Assembly: GCA_051530055.1 (NCBI GenBank)
Contig: JBMGUZ010000102.1
Span: 1 to 5,000, forward strand
Direction: 5' to 3'
DNA from: Neoechinorhynchus agilis
Lineage: Eukaryota > Animalia > Acanthocephala
Length of the DNA: 5,000 bases
Every line of letters starts with the position of its first letter. The first letter of the stretch is position 1. Under the pieces are notes generated by a model. It was given only the letters and a program-made list of their open reading frames with translations, searched no databases and was not told where the DNA came from. Both the position numbers and the translations under genes were made by a program. This document shows, one piece after another, positions 1 through 5,000 of the stretch.

Positions 1-200
1 CGTCAAGGTAGATGCGGAGTGTAAGCCGAGAGAAAAAATTCAACGATTTAAAGGAAATAAGCGAACGTTATTTTGTAAACATTAAGAATTATCAGATGAA
101 GACTTAATCAGTCAAAATAGATTCCTAGCAATTTTCCTTATATTATAGATTGAAAATTATCACCGTATTAAGTTGCCACTTGTGCAAGTTCCCGTTTCAG

Positions 201-379
201 TTTTTCTTGGATTATTCGATATAATTCCGTAATAACAGGAACTCTCAAAAACATAACGTCTTTCATAGAAACCAACTCATCGGTGTATATCTATTAAAAC
301 TATTATATTCTTGATTAAAAACAGTGAGATGAGATTTATTGTATCTCAAATGGCAGGGAATAAAATCCAGAACAATATT
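201..379 (+). other. Possible upstream exons of the LRR gene (201-284 and 325-379); not resolved
   Basis: TTTCAG acceptor ends at 200 with an open frame FSWIIRYNSVITGTLKNITSFIETNSS. A 40-nt GT-AG interval at 285-324 leads in frame to EMRFIVSQMAGNKIQNNI. The next GT at 380 is phase 0, whereas exon 416 needs phase 2. Confidence 0.25.
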
Positions 380-415
380 GTTTATTTCGTTGCTATCATT
401 CCTCATCGTATTTAG

Positions 416-1313
416 TCGACTCCAAGGTAATTTGCTTGCGAATATTGATACTATGTGGTTCAACAATCTGGTTAACTTGAAAATCATGTAAGTTATGAGC
501 GATTGATTCATATTTACCGATAAATATCATTTTAGCAATCTGTCAGATAATTCAATTTCAATTGTGCCACAAAATGCTTTTCATAATGTCTACGTGCTCC
601 ATGAAATGTATGTATCCGCTATAGTTTCCCTTAAAAATCTAATTTAGAAATTTATCGAATAATCTGATTACGAAAATATCTCCCAATGCATGGAAAACGT
701 TATCTAACGTTCGTGTTATGTCAGTTACTATTGCCTTCTTCAAATCTCATAGAAATTTGTATTTAGAAATCTCTCATTGAACCACATAAACTGCATTTCA
801 ATTGAAGATTTCGCGCATTTATATAATCTCAGCGTACTGTAGGATTAATTTTTCATCTCTCAATCAAACATATCCATGCCGATAGAAATATATCGCGATC
901 AAACGTTTTGAAATTCTATTCTAATGCTTCTAATCAGAGGAGAATAAGTACTATAATGTTAGCTATCGACATTTGTATCCTTTTTACGGCTGTTGGCGGT
1001 TTTGTAGCGATTTGACCTTTAACAATGAACTTCAAATATTCACATCGTACAATGATCGAGTTTTTTTTCACAAGTGAGTGCTTATAATATTGTTTCTTTT
1101 CAAATAATTTACATCCTAGCGAAATATACGTGAGCGAAGGAACTTTACGCATGGAAGCCAAAGGATGTTTGGCGAACATCTTGAGCCTGTATTTTGCCTA
1201 AAATTATGAATGAAGTTGAATAGCTCACTTGGTTTAGATATTTAGGACATATACGGAAAAGACCAGCAGCAAAAGATTACTTTACTCATTTCATCATGGA
1301 TTGCTCAAAATAA
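416..1313 (+). CDS. Multi-exon leucine-rich repeat protein, 5' end unresolved. Exons: 416-487, 536-607, 648-719, 767-838, 886-957, 1008-1073, 1120-1188, 1238-1313 (last exon least certain)
   Basis: Manual splicing gives one open frame: RLQGNLLANIDTMWFNNLVNLKI-INLSDNSISIVPQNAFHNVYVLHE-INLSNNLITKISPNAWKTLSNVRV-INLSLNHINCISIEDFAHLYNLSV-LNISRSNVLKFYSNASNQRRISTI-IDLTFNNELQIFTSYNDRVFFH-NEIYVSEGTLRMEAKGCLANILS-LYLGHIRKRPAAKDYFTHFIMDCSK*. The first four units fit the typical LRR consensus LxLxxNxLxxLxxxxFxxLxxL. The first five exons are exactly 72 bp. All seven introns are GT-AG, phase 2, and 48, 40, 47, 47, 50, 46 and 49 nt long, often ending in TTTAG. Confidence 0.88.
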
Positions 1314-1314
1314 A
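1309..1314 (+). promoter_or_regulatory. Candidate polyadenylation signal AATAAA overlapping the LRR stop codon
   Basis: AATAAA at 1309-1314 contains the TAA at 1311-1313. The context is AT-rich, so it may be a chance match. Confidence 0.25.
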
Positions 1315-1450
1315 ACAATATATACTATTTCGATAATATATAAATTGACTTTTGCATTTGTCGCACAAGCCAAGTGCTCGTGATATAATGCTTTTGATTT
1401 TAATTTATCCTTTTAGCCTAATCGACTATCGAAAGGTGTTAATCATTTCT

Positions 1451-1540
1451 GTAATGAAGAATACGCTTAGCTGTTTGAAGCTGTCCTTTGTTTCGAGCAA
1501 GAACTTTATTTAGGCTTAGTACGAAATTACAGGCCTCCAA
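1451..1540. repeat. Direct repeat copy A (90 bp)
   Basis: Ungapped alignment to 1987-2076 gives 74/90 identities. The core CTTTGTTTCGAGCAAGAAC(T/C)TTATTTAGGCTTAGTA has one mismatch. Confidence 0.93.
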
Positions 1541-1553
1541 AAGCACACACGAG

Positions 1554-1682
1554 TGTAACAAATAAACGTTTCAAGGTCTTTGATAAAAAATTATTTACCG
1601 GGTGAAGACTTAAACAATAATCCTAATCGCATACCCCGGTACCTCACATATCGACTTGATAATGACACGTTTATTTGTTACA
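1554..1682. repeat. 129-bp inverted-repeat (foldback, MITE-like) element
   Basis: TGTAACAAATAAACGT (1554-1569) is the exact reverse complement of ACGTTTATTTGTTACA (1667-1682), extending to 19/20 over 1554-1573 and 1663-1682. An inner pair TACCGGG (1596-1602) / CCCGGTA (1635-1641) lies on almost the same axis. No target-site duplication is visible. Confidence 0.75.
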
Positions 1683-1986
1683 TCTTTCCACCGCCCGTGA
1701 AGCCCATTTGAGATTGCTAAAACCATTCTACCTAAAATTCACATTGAAAACAAAATTCCTGGGCAGCGTTCATAAGCTAATAGATTACTTTTGAAACGAC
1801 TTAACATCACCAGATTGGAAATAAATGAAAATCCGAGACTAGGAAGCTCGTTCATCCTTGTCTTCAAAATTTCATTTTCATCCGGCCTTTCCGTCCAGCA
1901 AAGTTTCTTACGCGAATGCAAATCGAGTTTCAATTTGGTGACTATTTAGCCTCGTAAATAACCAAATTAACCTTCAAATGTTATAC

Positions 1987-2076
1987 GCAATGGAAAATAC
2001 GTTTTGCCGTTTAAAGAAGTGCTTTGTTTCGAGCAAGAACCTTATTTAGGCTTAGTATAAAATCACAGGCTTCCTA
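1987..2076. repeat. Direct repeat copy B (90 bp), ending at the start of the C-rich LINE sequence
   Basis: 74/90 identity to 1451-1540 at an offset of 536 bp. Similarity stops where the C-rich sequence begins. Confidence 0.93.
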
Positions 2077-2303
2077 AGCTCCTCTTCTCCCTCGCTTCAC
2101 TCTTTAAATACTGCCCACCCACCCTTTGCTGTCCGCGCCCTCCAAGACTCCTCTCCACACTCTAATTCGACTTCTCTTCAACAATCTTCTCCCCTCCTTA
2201 ATTCCGTTCCTATCATCTCTCATACCCCTTAAAACCGAACCTCCCTTCCTCCTCGGCCTCATCTAAATCCCCCACCTCCTCTCAAGCACCCCGTACTGCT
2301 AGA

Positions 2304-2438
2304 AAAAACCATAAACCCCTCCCATCCTTCTACGATTACGTTTCAACGTTAGCCCCATCAAAGCCTTCCACTTTCTCTCCGGTACCTCGATTTTCCAGTA
2401 AAAAGCACACACCCCTACCACCCTTCTACGACTACATT
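2304..2438 (+). repeat. In-frame 39-bp internal duplication (2304-2342 and 2400-2438)
   Basis: 32/39 identical and 96 bp (32 codons) apart. The copies encode KNHKPLPSFYDYV and KKHTPLPPFYDYI in the same frame. Confidence 0.75.
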
Positions 2439-2824
2439 AAGCATCCCTCGCCTCGTAAATTAACTCCTCCTAAACCCCTCTCATCCTTGCCTCCACTCAT
2501 CTCTCATCTGCCTAAAACCACCAATCCGCACCCTACCAGATCTGGAAATTTTCGCTTCGCCCCTCAGAAGCGAAAAACACCTTGGACGCGAACACTACCT
2601 CACCTCTTACCACCACCTCTTCAACTCCCAATAACTTCATCCCGCATACGCAGTTCCCACCCTTATGGTCCCTACACTCAAATCACCCCTCACTACAGTG
2701 TCCACCCACGAATCCATTACCCCCGAACTACCCCATCGGTCAACTCCCATCCCTTCTCTCTACGCAACTTCGACCCTCTCCGTCAGTGTCCACCCCCTAT
2801 GTCCCTTCTAAACATCCCTTTCCA

Positions 2825-3392
2825 ATAATCTTTTATTCTAACATCCGCAGCCTCCTCCCCAAACTGGATGAGCTCCATTCTTGCAACGCCGACATCCTTG
2901 TAATTACGGAAACATGGCTCCCACCCATAGCAAATTATCTGCCTTCCTTCCAAACTTTCAAGCTTTTCACCTCACTAGGGACTTCCGAAACGGGGGGAGG
3001 CATATCGATCTTCATCCGCGCCTCTCTTCCTTACCATTGCTCTTCACCCTACATTTTCACCTCCGACGATCTTGAATGGCTTCACATCCAACTTCATCTC
3101 CCCCTCCTCAATGTTCAACGTGAGATCTCTATCGCTGGCCTTTATCGCCCTCCTTCCTCAAACATCCCCAGCACACTTCAACAAATAGACCACCTATTTA
3201 CTGACCTACTTTCCACTTCCTCAAATCACTTCATCATATTGGGCAATTTTAACAAACTGCCGATCCCGCCCTCGCTCTCTCATCTTTGCCAACTCGTTAC
3301 TTTCCCCACACGCTTCTCCTCCCGCCTTGATAAAATTTTCTCAAACATCAGGCAATACTCGTGCACACGTTGTCTGGGATAAACGTGATCAT
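2825..3392 (+). pseudogene. APE-type endonuclease domain of the LINE (disrupted)
   Basis: Motifs IFYSNIRSL, DILVITETWL, GGGISIFIR, IAGLYRPP, FIILGNFN (canonical GDFN), QLVTFPTR and RLDKIFS. TAA at 3380-3382, with the terminal (S)DH motif appearing as RDH in the next frame (3384-3392), i.e. a one-base frameshift. Confidence 0.92.
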
Positions 3393-3652
3393 CATACCCA
3401 ATCCTTTGCTGTATGTGTCAATTCTCTTATCACGCAAAACTCTTTGTTAAATCTAGTAGAATCTGCGATGAAGGCATCCTTTCCACGCAAAACAATACGA
3501 ATCTCGAACCGCGACCCACCATGGTTTTCGCCTTTTCTAAAAACCCTTCAAATGCAGGTCACCAAAGCTTTCCGGTCAGGTAATCCCGCTTACCCCTCCC
3601 TCCACTCCTCACTGACAAAACGCATTCGTATAGTCGCAAATTATTCCTCTCA

Positions 3653-3673
3653 TCTCGTCTCTCGTCTCTCGTC
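3653..3673. repeat. Micro tandem repeat (TCTCGTC)x3
   Basis: Three perfect 7-mers inside the LINE inter-domain region. Confidence 0.85.
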
Positions 3674-3859
3674 CGTTCCCAATCGAAACTGGTGACGTGA
3701 AATAAAAAATATCACTGGTCTTGGTAGATCCACCCCCTTCGCATCTCTCCCCAAATCCGATCTCCTCTCAATCCTTAACTCCATGAATAAAAACCTCTGT
3801 CCTCCCCAAACCTCCAATCTGTTGTCCCAACCTCCCTTCCATACATGCCCTTCCTTCGC

Positions 3860-4341
3860 CTGCCCCGCCATTCTTCCCCTAATTCGACTATCCCAAATTG
3901 GACCATTCGTTTCATCATCCCGGAGCTTATCGATCCTCTAACGCACATAACGAGCCTTAGCTTTCTACTGGCTCCTTCCCATTGTGTCTTAAGGAAGCCC
4001 GTGTCGTCCCCCTACCACAAACGCTAAACCGATTTCCCCCACATCCTTTCGTCCCATCTCTATCCTCTCACCTTTATCTAAAATCTTGGAAAAATGTTTT
4101 AAAACCCGCCTACTTCCCTTCTTCCTCAAAAACATCTCCCCTTCCCAATTCGCTTTCCACCCCAATTACTCTTGTTTGGATGCCCTCCTCTGCATCTACG
4201 ATACACTTGTGCGCAGCTTAGATTCCAGTCCAGCATCAACCGTCCGTCTCGTGCAACTGGATATTTCCAGGGCGTACGAGTCGGTAGATAACTCCCTTCT
4301 CCTCCAATCATGTGCTTTCTTTGGCCTCCAAACCTGGCAAC
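3860..4341 (+). pseudogene. N-terminal part of the LINE reverse transcriptase (frameshifted, truncated before the GVPQG and YADD motifs)
   Basis: TIPNW..PELIDPLTHI (frame 2), FPLCLKEARVVPLP (frame 1), then FRPISILSPLSKILEK, QFAF (4146-4157) and LDISRAYESVD (4257-4289) in frame 3. These are the non-LTR RT motifs that precede the catalytic core. Confidence 0.93.
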
Positions 4342-4461
4342 TGTGGTAAGTACGCTATTGATTGGGCTAGCGTAAATGGGCATAAAATAGTGTGTGTTGT
4401 ACAAAAACAGTTTTTGTTGAAATAAACTGGTCCGCTGTTTGGTTCATCCACCATGTCAACA
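4342..4461 (+). repeat. Putative 5' LTR (about 120 bp)
   Basis: Starts TGTGG where LINE RT similarity stops and ends CAACA two bases before the PBS. It contains a TATA-like CATAAAA (4381-4387) and AATAAA (4421-4426). The 3' LTR is outside the window, so the left edge is inferred. Confidence 0.7.
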
Positions 4462-5000
4462 TCTGGCGACGAGGACAAATGGAAGACATGGATGGAGGGC
4501 ATCATGGGACAGCAAAAGGTGTGGATGGAAGAGATGTTCAAAATGGTGCCCAAGGCCCAGATTGAACAGAAAAATGTGATACGGGGAGCACAGATAACCC
4601 CATTCCGCACTTTCGATTGAGTCGAGAACTGGGCCGAGTACGTAGAACAAGCCGAAGCCCACATGGAAATCAATGGAATCAAAGAAAGCGACGAAGAAAA
4701 GCGTAGATCCTGTCTATTGGCCTGGATGGGTCCAAAGATTTACACAGAGCTAAAGAAGATGGTAGCCGGCCGACCGTTCGACGAAGTCAGCTATGTAGAT
4801 GTCAAGTCGCTGATTGACGCTTACGTAGCACAGCCAATGCACCAGATAACGGCGCGCTACCTCTTTAGAACATGCCGTAAAGCAGAAGGACAAACTCACG
4901 CCGAGTGGGCTACAGCACTACGAGGAGCTGCACGAGGATGCGGTTTCTACAACAAGGAAGTTAAGGATGAACGATCAGCGGTCGACGAAAGGATTAAGGA
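4453..5000 (+). pseudogene. gag: Gag-like ORF (partial) with an in-frame TGA at 4618-4620; start at ATG 4453 or 4492
   Basis: Translation: MSTSGDEDKWKTWMEGIMGQQKVWMEEMFKMV...PFRTFD*VENWAEYVEQAEAHMEINGIKESDEEKRRSCLLAWMGPKIYTELKKMVAG...ITARYLFRTCRKAEGQTHAEWATALRGAARGCGF. This fits the Gypsy/Mag Gag pattern FDxxxExWxxY...LLxxxG...RxxFxxxxQxxGE...LRxxAxxCxF. It is open to the window end after the stop. Confidence 0.85.
4464..4475 (+). promoter_or_regulatory. Primer binding site, complementary to a tRNA-Ser(GCU)-type 3' end
   Basis: TGGCGACGAGGA is the reverse complement of UCCUCGUCGCCA, the 3' end of animal tRNA-Ser(GCU) as I recall it. It sits in the expected position after the CA terminus. Confidence 0.8.

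Larger units (their letters stand above)
2077..4341 (+). mobile_element. Degenerate non-LTR retrotransposon (APE endonuclease + RT; CR1/L2/Jockey-like group, clade uncertain), interrupted at its 3' side by an LTR element
   Basis: APE motifs followed by RT motifs on one strand across several frames. The composition is uniformly C-rich and G-poor, with sharp boundaries at about 2077 and 4341. The 5' boundary is approximate. Confidence 0.92.
4342..5000 (+). mobile_element. 5' part of a Ty3/Gypsy LTR retrotransposon, probably Mag-like; continues beyond the window
   Basis: A TGT...ACA segment is followed by a 2-nt spacer, the PBS TGGCGACGAGGA and a Gag-like frame. There is an abrupt switch from C-rich to purine-rich sequence. 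Confidence 0.88.

Noticed and set aside
1-200. Possible coding exon at the window start (VKVDAECKPREKIQRFKGNKRTLFCKH*)
   Set aside because: It is short, has no recognisable motif, and I found no consistent splice path into the LRR exons.
263-511. Minus-strand 82-aa ORF as a gene
   Set aside because: It is antisense to a clear LRR exon and intron and has no recognisable motif, so it is a shadow ORF.
934-1179. Minus-strand 81-aa ORF as a gene
   Set aside because: It is antisense to three spliced LRR exons with consistent GT-AG boundaries.
1451-2076. Direct repeats as a CRISPR array or as LTRs of a TRIM
   Set aside because: There are only two copies, 90 bp long and 536 bp apart, in eukaryotic DNA. 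They have no TG...CA ends, PBS or polypurine tract.
2104-2150. Potential minus-strand G-quadruplex (clustered CCC runs)
   Set aside because: Such runs are expected by chance given the extreme C richness, and one loop is 13 nt.
2487-2828. 113-aa ORF as an independent gene
   Set aside because: It begins at TTG, and the frame is open from 2202. It is part of the frameshifted low-complexity LINE region.
2881-3075. 64-aa + strand ORF
   Set aside because: It is an alternative frame inside the APE domain with no independent evidence.
3860-4341. RT as a retron, group II intron, DGR or Penelope-like RT
   Set aside because: It follows an APE endonuclease in the standard non-LTR order and has non-LTR motifs (IPNW, FRPISIL, QFAF).
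4395-4461. LTR starting at TGTTG 4395, which would give a perfect TGTTG/CAACA inverted pair
   Set aside because: It would leave 4342-4394 unexplained, since that stretch is neither C-rich nor RT-coding, and would exclude the TATA-like box. It is not fully excluded without the 3' LTR.
3650-4682. Minus-strand ORFs 3650..3871, 4126..4404, 4308..4682 and 4456..4662
   Set aside because: They are antisense to LINE, LTR and gag sequence. The G-rich or pyrimidine-rich antisense strands are poor in stop codons, and two of the ORFs cross the insertion junction.

Overview
Eukaryotic genomic DNA with very short introns; an invertebrate or early-branching animal is my inference only. It has four parts. 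(1) About 200-1313, AT-rich: a spliced + strand leucine-rich-repeat gene that the ORF track misses. Its exons are 66-72 bp (five of exactly 72 bp), separated by 40-50 nt phase-2 GT-AG introns. (2) About 1400-2076: an unexplained segment with two 90-bp direct repeats (82% identical, with a minus-strand codon-like substitution pattern) and a 129-bp foldback element between them. (3) About 2077-4341: a decayed, strongly C-rich non-LTR retrotransposon (APE endonuclease plus RT, with several frameshifts and a stop). (4) 4342-5000: the 5' end of a Ty3/Gypsy, Mag-like LTR retrotransposon (about 120-bp LTR, tRNA-Ser-like PBS, gag with one in-frame TGA) inserted into the LINE RT. I see no evidence of a new biological system. 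The window is a modular LRR gene next to nested transposons, and 1400-2076 is the least explained part.
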